Origin: the human T2T-CHM13v2.0 reference genome, Homo sapiens
DNA length: 64,000 nt
Strand: one strand, 5' to 3'
Assembly: GCF_009914755.1 (NCBI RefSeq)
Contig: NC_060928.1
Of the stretch, positions 46,532 through 64,000 are shown in pieces; position 1 is the stretch's first letter; each line of letters starts with the position of its first letter. The position numbers and the translations under genes are program-made. The notes below the pieces were generated by a model. That model did no database searches and was not told the origin of the DNA. It was given only the letters and a program-made list of their open reading frames with translations.

Positions 46532-47548
46532 ATGGGGAAAAAACAGAACAGAAAAACTGGAAACTCTAAAAAGCAGAGCGCCTCTCCTCCTCCAAAGGAA
46601 TGCAGCTCCTCACCAGCAATGGAACAAAGCTGGACGGAGAATGACTTTGACGAGTTGAGAGAAGAAGGCTTCAGATGATCAAATTACTCTGAGCTACAGG
46701 AGGACATTCAAACCAAAGGCAAAGAAGTTGAAAACTTTGAAAAAAATTTAGAAGAATGTATAACTAGAATAACCAATACAGAGAAGTGCTTAAAGGAGCT
46801 GATGGAGCTGAAAACCAAGGCTTGAGAACTACGTGAAGAATGCAAAAGCCTCAGGAGCCGAAGCGATCAACTGGAAGAAAGGGTATCAGCAATGGAAGGT
46901 GAAATGAATGAAATGAAGCGAGAAGGAAAGTTTAGAGAAAAAAGAATAAAAAGAAACGAGCAAAGCCTCCAAGAAATATGGGACTATGTGAAAAGACCAA
47001 ATCTACGTCTGATTGGTGTACCTGAAAGTGATGGGGAGAATGGAACCAAGTTGGAAAACACTCTGCAGGATATTATCCAGGAGAATTTCCCCAATCTAGC
47101 AAGGCAGGCCAACGTTCAGGTTCAGGAAATACAGAGAATGCCACAAAGATACTCCTCGAGAAGAGCAACTCCAAGACACATAATTGTCAGATTCACCAAA
47201 GTTGAAATGAAGGCAAAAATGTTAAGGGCAGCCAGAGAGAAAGGTCGGGTTACCTTCAAAGGGAAGCCCATCAGACTAATAGCGGATCTCTCGGCAGAAA
47301 CCCTACAAGCCAGAAGAGAGTGGGGGCCGATATTCAACATTCTTAAAGAAAAGAATTTTCAACCCAGAATTTCATATCCAGCCAAACTAAGCTTCATAAG
47401 TGAAGGAGAAATAAAATACTTTACAGACAAGGAAATGCTGAGAGATTTTGTCACCACTAGGCCTGCCCTAAAAGAGCTCCTGAAGGAAGCACTAAACAAG
47501 GAAAGGAACAACCGGTACCAGCCGCTGCAAAATCATGCCAAAATGTAA
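46532..47548 (+). pseudogene. L1 ORF1p (338 codons) with two premature stops
   Basis: ATG GGG AAA AAA CAG at 46532. In-frame TGA at 46676-46678 (codon 49) and 46823-46825 (codon 98), both CGA>TGA. The C-terminal 218 aa (ORF track 46892-47548) matches ORF1p RRM/CTD motifs (REKG, ARR, YPAKLS). Confidence 0.95.
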
Positions 47549-47611
47549 AGACCATTGAGACTAGGAAGAAACTGCATCAACTAACGAGCAAAATAACCAG
47601 CTAACATCATA

Positions 47612-51438
<3,827 letters not shown>

Positions 51439-51493
51439 ACAATGAGATCACATGGACACAGGAAGGGGAACATCACACTCTGGGGACTGTTGT

Positions 51494-51515
51494 GGGGTGG
51501 GGGGAGGGGGGAGGG
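51494..51515 (+). other. L1 3'UTR G-quadruplex-forming G tract
   Basis: ggggtggggggaggggggaggg has four G runs. Confidence 0.75.
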
Positions 51516-52570
51516 ATAGCATTGGGAGATATACCTAATGCTAGATGACGAGTTAGTGGGTGCAGCACACCAGCATGGCACATGTATACATATGTAACTA
51601 ACTTGCACAATGTGCACATGTACCCTAAAACTTTAAGTATAATAATAAAAAAATAAAAAATTAAAAAATAAATAAATAAATTTTTTGGGGGATAATTTTC
51701 AAATCCTACATCAATAGACCACCCAAACCCTCTAGATAAATTCAAAAGCGTCTGATACCTAGGAACTCTGAGATACCCACCCTCGTTTGGACTCAGAGAC
51801 TCACAGTCTCACTGCATGGTGTCAAGGCAAAGTGCAAAAGGCACAGGTCTGTTAAACCCAGACCTACATCTGAACAATCTGAGGATCAGGGATAAGAAAG
51901 TTCATGAAAGAAAATTAATAAAATATAAAACAATATAACAGACTTGCTGTTACTTGTAACCACTGGCAATTCCATTTTAATTTTGTAAGAACTAATTTGG
52001 CTGTTTCTGCAAACAAGGCTGGAGAGAACTGCGATCTTAGAAACTTGAAACCTGTATAAGTTAATTGGGTTTTTGAAATGTGTTCAAAAGGCAGAGTTTC
52101 TGAAATAACTTTCTAATTGGCCCAGGTGCCTTCCATGTTGAAATCAAAAGGGGTTATACGAGACGTGAAGTTTTCTATCGTAAACAGTTACAAACAACAA
52201 TTTCTTTTGAACCTAATGTTTATAAAATGGGTATTTATGAGCTTGTGTCCTAACTCAATGAGTGACTGTTTTGGCTCAATGTGTCTAATGCAATAAAAAC
52301 ATAAGTTCTATAATTTCCAGATGATCCATAGTTCCTAAGACTAAAATGGGTTTGAGGCACTGGACACAAAGAGTTCAGCAACTGGCATTTCTCTACCTCA
52401 GTGTAGTTTGGAGTGGTAAAGCAGACCTTTGAGACAAAGACAACAGAGATAAGAAGGGAAAGGTCTGGCAGCATACCTGGGGTACCCCCAAGGCCCAAGG
52501 CCTTGGAAAAATTCAAATCTTTAAACCAAATCTTGGTTTAAAGCTACAATGTGAAAACTAAGATAATCTT

Positions 52571-52865
52571 GGCCAGGTGTGGTATTTCTCACCTACAATC
52601 CCAACACTTTGGGAGGCTGAGACCAAAAGATCACCTAAGCCTAGGAGCTCAAGATCAGGCTGGGCAAGATAGCAAGATCCTGTCTCCACAAAAATTTAAA
52701 AACAGCCAGGCATTGTGGTGCATGCCTGTAGTCTCAGCTACTCAGGAGGCTGAGACTACAGGACCACTGAACCCAGGAGTTCAAGGTTGCAGTACACTAT
52801 GATTGCACCACTACACTCCAGTCTGGGCAGCAGAGCAAGACCCTCTCTCTCAAAAAAAAAAAAAA
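52571..52865 (+). mobile_element. Alu (AluJ-like)
   Basis: Diverged dimer with cccaggagttcaaggttgcagt and an A tail. Confidence 0.9.
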
Positions 52866-54184
52866 TTCCCCAAAAGAGGACCTGCTCCCTCCAAATAGCT
52901 CTCTCCTCCACCACACAAGCAAAGAACAAAGACCATGAATGGGACAGGAAAAGGTAGATCTAGAAAGGGATGAGAAATGGCTCCAAATGCCAGTGCCCTG
53001 AGGGTGAGTTTGCTGAGGCTTGCCTGAGGCCGCCAGGGTCTGACTGCATCCTAGGAAACAGAACCCCTTTAGAGAAACCATAGCAAAACGGCCTAAGTTC
53101 ACATAGGGCCTCTAAATAGGGGTGCTTCCCTGACTGAATGGGGGAGCTAACTGGACATGGAATATAAGAAGTTCCACTTTTATCAGCTCCTGGGCAGGAA
53201 ATTAATCTAGAATTAAGTGGGAAAAGTTATCCTCAAAAACCCTACACAGTTAAAAATAAATCACTATTCATAGGATGTGGAAAGCCACAAAGAACATCAC
53301 CCCCAACTTAATAATGACAAAAAGCTGAAAAATTTACAGTCATTCTTTTAAGCTTAAGGTCATGAAACATTTTGTGAGCCAAGGTCACAAAACAATCAGA
53401 TGAACTAAATGTCAAAAAAAAAAAATGGAACACAGAATAGTCTCACCTTTGTCAGAGCAAGAGAGAACCCGTCACAAAATGGGTAGGAAGAAAACAAGTG
53501 ATGGTTAATTCCTTAAGGATTGTGGACTAGCATTTAGGTTAGAAACCTGGGGGCCCTGGCACATGGAAAGTCCACAGCCACTCATCTGTTTTCCACTGGC
53601 TCCATCAGGGTTCGTAAGAAAGATTAGAGGCAGGGCAGGATACCTTAGAGAGCCCCCAGGTGGCACAGACAAGGTCCGAGGGTGGAGTAGGAGTACTTGA
53701 AGGAACCCATCTGCTTTCTGTCCCTGTGCTGCATGAATACAAGGTGATGAGCAGTGGCTGCCAGGGAGCAGCAAAAACCACCCAGGCCACAGACCTGCCT
53801 CACACAGGAAACAAAAGCCTTCTGCCTCTGAGTGAGGAGGGAGACACCTGCCACGTCCCATATGTCACTCTGCTTTGACAGGAGGCAAAAGCTACCAGCT
53901 GCTGGGGGTGGAACATGAAACTCGCAGGTGTTCTGTTCCAGGCAATGACCCGTGGCCTCTGGAGAGAGACAGAACCTGACTACGTATCCTGCACTGACAC
54001 CAAGGGGAGGGGCAGAAAACCTGCTCTTGCCAAAGAACCCCAGTGATCCACAGGAGAGGTCTGCTGCTGCGGGAAGAGGGGCAGAAACCTCTTTCTCATG
54101 CCCCAAACCTTCTACTCTAAAGATATGAGGTGGAGCTCACCTGCCACAGCCAGTAGGGCCAGGAAACCATCCACCCTCTAGGCC

Positions 54185-54390
54185 TGTGCTGTCCAACAGA
54201 GCTTTCTGTGGTGACCATAATGTCCTGTATCTGTGCTACAGAATACAGTAGTCACCAGACACATGTGCCTATAGAGCACCTGAAAAGTGGCTAATATGAC
54301 TGAAAAAGTAAATTTTTAATTGCATTTAATTGGATTTAATTAAAATTTAAATTTTGATAGCCACATGTAGCTAGTGGTTAGGACACTGCC
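54185..54390. mobile_element. MER3-like hAT MITE
   Basis: ctgtgctgtccaacagagctttctgtgg...agccacatgtagctagtggtta. Confidence 0.75.
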
Positions 54391-54893
54391 GCTGACCCTG
54401 AGTGGTGTCAGAAGCAGGGGCCACCTAACACTAGGGTAGAGGCAGAAATGCTGATAAACCCACAACCCTGAGACTCAAGTGCAGAGCACCTGCCCAACTA
54501 ATGCTAGAGCAGGGGCCCCAGGAAAGCCCTCTGGCCTACTTAAGTCTTGTGCCTAGTAACAAGCACCAGCGGGCTACTGCCAGTGGCGGGACAAAGGCAG
54601 AGAGAGAGAAACATGTTCTGTGGCAAAGGTACACAGGATCTGCCAAAACCTGATGGTGAGGAAGGATCCTTAAGAAAAGCCTGCTGAGCGTCCAGGCCTC
54701 GCATGAAGAACACAGCAGCAGCAGCCCACCCCCTGGAGAAGCTTACAGCAACAACAAACCCCAAACCTAGCTTAGCCATTGACCAAACTGACTCAAGCCC
54801 TCAATCACATTAACGGCCTAGCAGAAGAAGTATACCTATTTCCAGGCATAAGCAGTATTTACTTTAGTCTCCTAGACTTAGAGACTTAGTTTC

Positions 54894-54897
<4 letters not shown>

Positions 54898-54931
<34 letters not shown>

Positions 54932-54937
54932 GCACAC
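54898..54937. repeat. (CA)n microsatellite
   Basis: Seen directly. Confidence 0.95.
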
Positions 54938-55173
54938 AAAACAGACATTCAATCAAAAATTATGTTACACTTGAAAAGCAAACTCCTGCAACCTTCCCAC
55001 TCATTATCAAGAGATAGAATAGTCAAAACAATGAGATTCACAGATGGCCCTGATGGTGGAAATACCAAAGAAAGAATTTAAAATAATTACAATTAATATG
55101 TCAAAGAATCTAGTGAAAAAGGTGGGCCACACAGATGAAAAAATGGGCAATTTCAACAGAAATACAGAAACTA

Positions 55174-55418
55174 TTTATTTTCTTATCTATCTATTTATTT
55201 ATTTTTAAATGCAAATTTGAAACTGAAATGTGTTATGGCCCAAGTGTAATAGTATCTGTTTTGAACTGAGTCTTACAGGGTCTTACCCTGTCATTTAGGC
55301 TGAAGTGCAGTGGCACAGTCATAGCTCACTGCAGCCTTGAACTCCTGGCCTCAAGCAATCCTCGCACCTCAGCCTCCCAAAGTGCTGGAAATACAGGAAT
55401 GAGCCACTGTGCCAGGCC
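55174..55418 (-). mobile_element. Alu monomer (FRAM/FLAM-like) carrying a 70-bp foreign insertion
   Basis: Single Alu arm at 55278-55418, (TTTA/TCTA) tail at 55174-55207, TSD-like gaaactattt on both sides. Confidence 0.8.
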
Positions 55419-56924
55419 TTATGGAAACTATTTTTAAAAATCCAAGTGAAAATGCTAGAGATGAAAAACATAATATCAAAAATGCACTCCTTCAATAGGC
55501 AGACTGAGCACAACAGAGGTAGAAAAATCAATGAAATTGAAAATATCAATAGAAATTAGAAACAGAGAAAAACACCGAGATTTTTTTAAAAATGCAAATG
55601 AAACAAAAATTGAATACGGCACTCAAGAGCTCTGGAACAGTATCAAATAGTCTAACATGTGTAACTGGTGTCCCATAAGAAGACAGAAAGAAAGGGACAA
55701 AACAAAGTTGAAAAAAAAATGGCCAAGAATTTTCTGAAATTTAACTAAAGATAGCAGACTACAGATCTAAGCTGCAAAAATACAATGAAAAACACAACTA
55801 GGTACAACACAGTAGAAGCTGAAAACCAAATATAAAGAGAATATACTGAAGGAAATAAAATCCACCAGCCTTCACCTCAAACCCTGGTCTCTCCATGAAA
55901 GGTCAATGATTAATTGGATTTTGGCAAAATTATCTCCCACATCTGGGGCTCTTACTGCACCCTATAGGCAATAACCAGAGAGTAAATGGCTTTGTGTTCC
56001 TTTTGGAAAGCATTCGTGCAGTCACCATAGAATGTAAACCTGGGGGTATAGGCCTGACACAGCATCTTGGGTTGTCTTACCAAAACTTCCTAAAGATGTA
56101 CCTTACTGAATTAGATAGCTTATTTTTTTTCTGTTGTTGTTAAAATGGAATTAAAAACTTTTAAAATAGGACCAAAAATGTCTGGGAATTAGAGCTATCT
56201 AAATGCTCATGTAATGTGAATGCAAAATTGAAACTGAAATGTGTTATGGCCCAAATGTAATAGTATCTTTTTTGAATGGAGTCTTACAAAATGCAAATAA
56301 TACTGGGAAAATATGACCTTGCAGAGGTTGTTCCTCTAGCACATTTTTTAAATCTCTTTTGAGTTTTAATAATAGTTTGATTGTACTAGCTGATAACCTT
56401 AGTAGGCTTTTGAAAATTTGAACTAATATGCAAAGATTATCTGTATTTATTCAATGCTTAGGAAACAGGATTTTCAAAATAAAACTGTCTGGGTAAAATA
56501 TTTTTAAAAATGCATGAAAAAGGAAAATTAAAAAAGAGTTTGAGGTAAAACCCAAAAGGCTTACACATATTTACCCTGTTCCTTGGATCTTCTACTCATT
56601 ACTCATTGTGGGGGATCCTGCCTAAAATCCTGGGTGCTTCTGGTCTATAAACTCTCTTGAGTTCCCTTAGTCAAAGCCTAGAATTTGTTTTCTTTTTGTG
56701 CAGTTAATGTCAGAAAACTTCTGACAAGGGACCATCTGCAGCTGAATACTTTGGAGACAGTGTTGGGATCCTTAAATCGAGGTTCAGAAATTCAAAAGAA
56801 TATGGGACTTTTAAATTTGGGGTCATTACTGTAATTTGCTTAGTGTGGAAATATACCAGAAAATATATGAGACAGTGGAATGAGAAAATATTCAATTAAA
56901 TAATAGGCAAAAAAATGCAAATGG

Positions 56925-57097
56925 TCTTTGTAGCCAGTCTCCCTAGGTTCAAATCTCAACTCTGCCACTTACTTGTTTGTGCCTCAGTTTCTTGTTTTAC
57001 AAAAATAAATCATAATAACAGCTACCTCATAGAGTTGTTGTGAAGCTTAACTGAATTAATAAATGTGAAGGCCTAAAAGAGTACTGGCATGTAATTA
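56925..57097 (+). mobile_element. MIR
   Basis: ggttcaaatctcaactctgccacttact...gcctcagtttc...tacctcatagagttgttgtgaag. Confidence 0.75.
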
Positions 57098-58764
57098 GTG
57101 ATTTTTGTGTTTATTTTTATTCATCTTAACTATCTGTATTATTCTCATTAATAACTTTATATTAAAATGAAGTAAAAAACAAATTAATTGAATTGGAAAT
57201 GTCTCACCTTCTTGAGAAAACCCAAAAGATATTTTTTCCTGCAGTGATTTAAACAGCTTCTTCTGTGTTGTAATCATGTCTATCTTCAGTAATCAAGTAA
57301 AACAACATCATATGTAAATTTCTGTCAATATCACTAGTTTCTATTAAGAGGAACCAGGGCCCCTTTGCCTTTTTGTCGGCATCTTTTAAATAAATACATT
57401 ATTGATACATCTGTGACAACTGCTCACATGTAAAATAACCTCCTAATCTCAAGCTAATTTAAACCTCTTTCATAATACTCATTGTGAAATATTTTGGATA
57501 TTGTACATTTAAATCATACTATTATAAACAGGAATATCTGTCTAATCCTTTATGGTTTATGAAGTACTTTTATATCTAGGAAGTACTCCAATTCCTAATA
57601 TTCATATAATATGAATGAATATGATACTACAAACTAGAGTGAGAAACCTGCTATAGATTTGCTTTAATAAGTGGAGAAGCTCCCTCTCTTCACCACAAAG
57701 ACAAAAAGAGTATTTTCTTAAGGGGACCACAGAGGATAGCTTTTACGTGCTGCAGAACTGAAGTGGAAGGCTACAGTATTATTATACCGGGAAGAATATT
57801 ATTATTATGTGTTTTCTCTAAAATTTTTATTTTATAGCTAAGGTAAAAAGTAAAATCCAGGAGAGGTTTAAATTAGAATTGTTCTAAAGGGGATTAGATA
57901 AGTCTCTTAAAATTTGAAAAAAAAAATACATCATTTACATACAGACCATACGCACTTTAAAAGGCCAAACTGAAAAGAAACTGTGAAAGATAATGCAGTG
58001 AAAAGTTGTATAGAGCAAAATCAACAATAGCTATTTAAAACAATATAAAATTTCCATGTGGAAAGTTCATTTAAAGTGTCTAATTGTGCTTAAATCGAAT
58101 AGTGAGCTATGAAATGGTGGGTGATGGTGAGTAAGCTGCTTACATTTTTTTAAAAGCATGTGAAACAGATGCTTGAGTCTGGAAAAGGCATAGATAACAG
58201 AATGACAATAGTCCAGTGAGAGTGTTGACAGCAAAGGAACAAAGGGCACCCTGGGAAGAATAAGCCACAGCACTAGGCATGCCCTGTGAAGCACTGAGCT
58301 ACACTTCCTTATTTTCCACCTGTCCTGGTAATTTATCTGCAATGTCTTTCTTGCAAATATACTTGCTCATCAGTATTACTTAATGGCCAAATGCTGACAA
58401 ACTTGCAGACTCTATTAAAAAAATGTTCCTATTACTGGTGAATATTCTGCAAGAAAAACCTTTAAATATTGTAGTATTAAAATTTTAAAATCTATTTATC
58501 TTGAAGTTCATCATTTATAACTCCTGAAAATTGAGTCCTGATTCAAAGAATAAAAACCTTTTTGAGGTTTCAATTTGTGTTTTTTTTCTTCTTTTCTTTC
58601 ATTGTTTTATCTTTAAAAAAAATTATCCTGAAATATCTGTCATAAATATAGATATACAACTTCCAGTGTATTGCCTTTATTTTGTAATATAAAGTTAAAT
58701 ATATTTCTTTTAAAATAAGTATGGTTTTCATGATCAATATTAATGAAACAGAATATAATCTTAC

Positions 58765-58850
58765 CCTGGTGTGAGTACGAATGTGCATCTTCAGTCCATC
58801 ATTTTTACTGAATCCTTTTTCACAGTAAGGACATTGATAGGGACGCTCAC
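58765..58850 (-). CDS. PRDM5: Internal coding exon (86 nt, phase 1 to phase 0) of a C2H2 zinc-finger gene, probably PRDM5 exon 14
   Basis: Minus-strand translation (G)[28 protein letters not shown] is a complete C-x2-C-x12-H-x3-H finger. Acceptor cttcctttatttgtag (AG at 58852-58851); donor AGG|gtaaga (GT at 58764-58763). Gene identity is from recalled PRDM5 protein sequence. Confidence 0.93.
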
Positions 58851-61674
58851 CTACAAATAAAGGAAGCCTCCATGTCAGAAAAACATGAAGTAGCAGAACC
58901 AGTCCTGTGCTATCACTTCTCACACACTCAGATCCTGGCCACCGCATATGCCCTGTGCTACTTCAAGAAGTGGCTCCAGGCACAGCAGGGCAGATCCAAG
59001 CATGGGTCGTGCAGGACAGCAGTGGACTGTGGCCTCCCCTCCTGTGGAGAGGGCACTGAGCCCAGAGCACTTCCGATACTCAAAAATAAACATTTGCCAG
59101 TAGCATATTTGCTGCATATTCCTTTTAATACTTGAGCCCAAATTAAATCTCCTCATTTTAAGAATTTGTTAAAAATATTTTATGTTAATCAATTTGCTCT
59201 ATCACTGTACTACTCTTTAAAGGGGAATTATTTAACTGATTCATTGACACCTTGTTCTGTTTAATTTTTTTGTTTCATATAAATGAATTTGACTCAGTTA
59301 AGGCTGTGAGTTTCAAAAGAATTTCATAAAATTGGTATATGTTCAAAAGGACCATTGGTAGTTAAACTAAATAATAATTAATCCATACTTTCTGATATAA
59401 TCAAATATCTCTCACCTAGAGGCTATAATTTTGAAAACAGCCAAAATGTTTTTCAAGACAAGCACACATATACACAGCACATTTCAAAAAAAATTCTACT
59501 GTGAAATGACAAAACTGTGACAAAATTTAATCTCCAAAAGGGATCTGAAGATGCCCTCTTGTCAAAGCCAAATCATTTAGGATGGACAGTAGCTCAAAAT
59601 CACTAATTGATTTATTCTTTCATTTAACAATGTACTTACACAGCAGGATGCTAGACCCTGGCTGCAATCAAAGATCAATATAATAAAATATTTTCCTTCA
59701 GCTAATGTAAAACTTTTGTCTTCCCTTCAGAGCCAGGCCTTCTGACTAGCAGTGTATGTTCTTCCTCTACTCTCTCATGTTCCATTTGGTTCTGATCTTA
59801 ATTCAATCTGGATATCATGTGCATTATCCCAGTCAACTCTCTCATGGGGTCAACAATGCCCCTTGTTGCTTGATCCAGTGACTACTTTTCAACAAGGCCT
59901 TCCTTGACCTCTCCCCTGTCCCTGACACTGCTTCATGAAATTGTCAGTTACATTCCTGGATCTCAAGGCTGGCCCCATTGCACAATGGCCTTGCACTGTT
60001 CTCCCCAACTTTGTTTCCAGCAGAGACATCATATGGAAGCACCTGCAGCGGTGTCCCCTGCCAAGCGACATTTTCCAGCCTCTCCTCCTTGGGGAGAAGC
60101 ACCCAGGATTCTCCCTTTGGACCAGGCACTGTAAAATGGTGACAAACACCCAAAGTAGCAATAAACTAAAAACAACAATCACAACACAAACAGGAACAGG
60201 TCCCTTAAATGAGCTATCCAGACTTACCAACTTCTCTGAGACAAAATCAACCTTTGCACTAGGTAAGCTGACCTAGAATTATTGACCTTAGGATCATCGT
60301 GACTCTGGGAAGGTGTGGCTTTTCCAAGTCAGTAGGACAAAGGCTTGGCAACATCTAGGAAAAGATCATCTTATTTTAACCCTGAGTTGATAACACATGC
60401 TTATCAGAATTCCAGATCTCTATTGAGCCCCAATCTCCATGTACACATATGTCTAACAGGTACCCTCCTTTGGGTATCTCACAAACAGCTTAAATCAGTG
60501 TGCATTGTTTTGAATTTGCGGTATTTATCCTTTGGTCTTATGCATGCTATAAATCCTGTCCTGATTAGTTGTACCACATTCACCTAGTTAGCAAATTAAA
60601 AACTTGGGAGCCATCCAAGATAACCCCACACTTTTTTACTCACTTCTCCCTCCATCCAGACTCTAAGTCATAATGATTTTGCTTCTCTGATATATCTAGA
60701 ATTTTTCTATTTCAGGATGATGATAAAAAAGAACATTATAGTAATAGCAGTAACAGCATCAGCAGCAATAGTAGGAGTACAGCAGGAGCTATCATTTACT
60801 GAGATCTTAATCATTTAACCTTGAACCACAAAGGAAAAGGACAGGAAGAAAACATAGCAGAATGTGACTGCTAAATGGTGGTAGCTCCTGCATCACACAA
60901 TTCCAGATAATTTTTTCATTTTCTTCTTCATAAAGTATAAAAAGTCATTTTTTAGATTTTCAAAGTTTATTTTACTTTAGTGATAGATAATAAACAAGGC
61001 TAAAATGTTTCCTTCTTATTTATTAACAATGAAATCCATCAACATATCAAATCTATATTAGGGATAAAGCATGATAAGAATAGTAACATGTTATTTTACA
61101 CTTAGGTAAAATTATTTTTCTAGCAAGCCTAAGATAATTCAATATTCATAGCTATTCTCTTTGTATCACATAGCTTTACGTCTGGTTTTGTTCTCCAAAT
61201 ACCAACAGAGTCCAGCAAACAAAAACAAAAGATTTGCAGTTATCAGGTAAATAATTATATGTTAATCCTAATATAATATACCAGGTTACTATTTCCTTTC
61301 ATAACAGCCAAAATCCATCAAGCAAAGAAAGAAATACATAGTTAAAGACTAGTGAGGAATTTTAAAGAAGGGAACATAATAAATCCATTTCCAATTTTAC
61401 CTACTGTTATAATATAGGAATTCTGTCCATAGACTTAAAAAGGCTAACTTCTTTTAAGACATAGCTTTTTTCATACATTTTTTGGAATGTGATTGTCCTG
61501 AGTTTGAATACTGTTCATCCTCCATCCAGCTGTAACTCTGACAAGGTCATCCAATGCCATTGAACCTTTGAAAAACTGGATAAATTATACCTATCCTATG
61601 AGTACAGTGACGATGTATCCAGATTCGTCTAAAGTAGTCTCAGTTTATGCCTGTTATCCTAGAATAATATAGTA

Positions 61675-62483
61675 ATAGCTGGTTAATTTTACATGTCAAC
61701 TTGACTAGGTTAAGGGATGTGGCCAGGTAGCTGGTAAAACATTATTTCTGGGTCTGTGAGGGTGTGTCCAGAAGAGATGAGCATTTGAATTAGTAGGCTG
61801 TGTAAAGAAGATCCACCCTCACCCAATGTGGGCAGGCATCATCCAATCCATTGAGGACCCGGATAGAACAAAAAGATGGAGGAAAAGTGAATTAATTAAT
61901 TCCCTCTCTTTCTCTCCTCCTCCTCCTCCTTCTTCTTTCTCTTCTCTTTTCTTTTCTTCTCACTCATCTTTCTCTTCTTTCTTCTTCTTCTTCTCCCAGA
62001 TAGAACAAAAAGATGGAGGAACAGTGAATTAATTAATTCTCTCTCTTTCTCTCCTCCTCTTCCTCCTCCTCCTTCTTCTTCTTTCTCTTCTCTTCTCCTT
62101 CTTCTTCTTCTTCTGTCTCTCTCCCTTCCTCCCTCCCTCCATCTCTCTCCTTGATCTGAGATGACATCCATCTTCTGCCCTTGGATATGGAAGCTCCCAG
62201 TTCTCTGGCCTTCATACTCCAGTACCTACATCAACAAACCCCTGCTCCTGGTTTTCAGGCCTTTGCTCTTGGACTGACTTACATCATTGGCTCACCTGGT
62301 TTGCAGAACTTCAAACTCAGGCTATATTACACCTCTGGCTTTCCTTGGTCTCTTGCAAATGGCATATCATGGAACTTCTTGGCCTCCATAACTGTGTAAG
62401 CCAATTCCCATAATCAAGCTCCTCATATATAATATATCTATAAATATGCTATTGGTTCTTTTTTCTCTGGAGAACCCTAATAC
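61675..62483 (+). mobile_element. ERVL LTR (MLT2B-like) with expanded CT-rich tract and internal duplication
   Basis: ggttaattttacatgtcaacttgactagg...ctctggagaaccctaataca. Confidence 0.85.
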
Positions 62484-62543
62484 AATATTACTCCCTTTCA
62501 CTCTCACAAGTGTCTCAATTGGGACAATAGATACATGGTCACT

Positions 62544-63266
<723 letters not shown>

Positions 63267-64000
63267 CAGTCATCCTACTCTTAACGGTGGCAGTTACTCT
63301 TATCACTGATATCTACACATGTTGCCCATGAGGTCTACGTAAATCACTCAGAGCACCTCTAGTCTAGATGATTGGTATTTCTACCCCATGCCACCCGCCA
63401 ACACTGAGCTGACATATCTGGGAAACTTGGGTAAGTTCAACTCCATTCCTTCATTCTATCCTAGAATGTACTCCAGCTTTAAAGTGCATCACCATGTAAA
63501 TGGCTTTTATAAGCAATTTATTTGAAAACTATAATGTGTAGTTTGCAAATCAGCTTAGACTCTACATTAAATTTCTACCCTCTTGGTTGGAGGATGTTTA
63601 GGGCAATCCTGCCTCTCTTTTGGACTCCGAGGACAAAGCTATCTGCTGTCCCACACAATCGGAACCTGAAGGTTACCTGTACAGTCAACAGGTTAATAAC
63701 TACTAAAGTCATTTTCCTAATTTGCATATTAAAGATAAATTGTTATTCTTAGGTTTTCTTCACATTATGCATATGATATTTGCCTTCATTATTTCAAATT
63801 ACTGTGAAGAATGTTTCTAGGAAATATTTTCACCTACACATAAAATGATCCTGTGGAGAACAAAAACTTATCTTCAGTTTTAGTCAACTCTAAGAACACA
63901 GGTCACAGTCAGTACATGGGCTCTGATGTACAATGTGATCCAACTTCAAATAACGACTATGTTTTAATAGCTCAGGTATATTTAGACACTATCTTTATTT

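Larger units (their letters stand above)
52900..55855 (+). mobile_element. Old L1M 5'UTR/ORF1 remnant with nested insertions
   Basis: ORF1-like A-rich decay (tctaacatgtgtaactggtgtccc; atggccaagaattttctgaaat) preceded by a GC-richer 5'UTR-like region. Confidence 0.5.

Noticed and set aside
58570-58947. 125-aa ORF containing the zinc finger, read as a standalone gene
   Set aside because: Only 58765-58850 is exon. The flanks are low-complexity intronic read-through bounded by canonical splice sites.
61896-62215. Glu/Arg/Lys-rich ORFs
   Set aside because: Translation of a CT/GA microsatellite inside an LTR.

Overview
Primate (most likely human) genomic DNA. It is mostly intronic and repeat-dense, with no prokaryotic-type system, CRISPR array or RNA gene. 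Two minus-strand C2H2 zinc-finger coding exons are present (58765-58850, [29 protein letters not shown]; 14515-14619, [35 protein letters not shown]). I recognise them from memory as late exons (probably 14 and 15 of 16) of PRDM5, separated by a ~44.1 kb intron. That intron holds a full-length, non-Ta L1PA2/PA3-type LINE-1 (45623-~51680) antisense to the gene, with two ORF1 nonsense codons, a 1-bp ORF2 frameshift, an FADD>FADE RT change and a frameshifted ORF0. The window also contains many Alus, older L1s, L2/MIR, MaLR/ERVL solo LTRs and hAT MITEs. The most notable observations are: (i) the upstream exon begins AG|GTGAGC, a recursive-splice-like junction; (ii) the L1 is in a 'gene-breaking' configuration; (iii) two separate 63-70 bp locally templated insertions sit inside retroelements; (iv) a fold-back junction and a palindrome cluster; (v) a solo LTR18-like element with a PBS-like fragment inside its U5. 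I do not see a convincingly new biological system. Repeat subfamily names are by-eye calls, and boundaries of old repeats are approximate.
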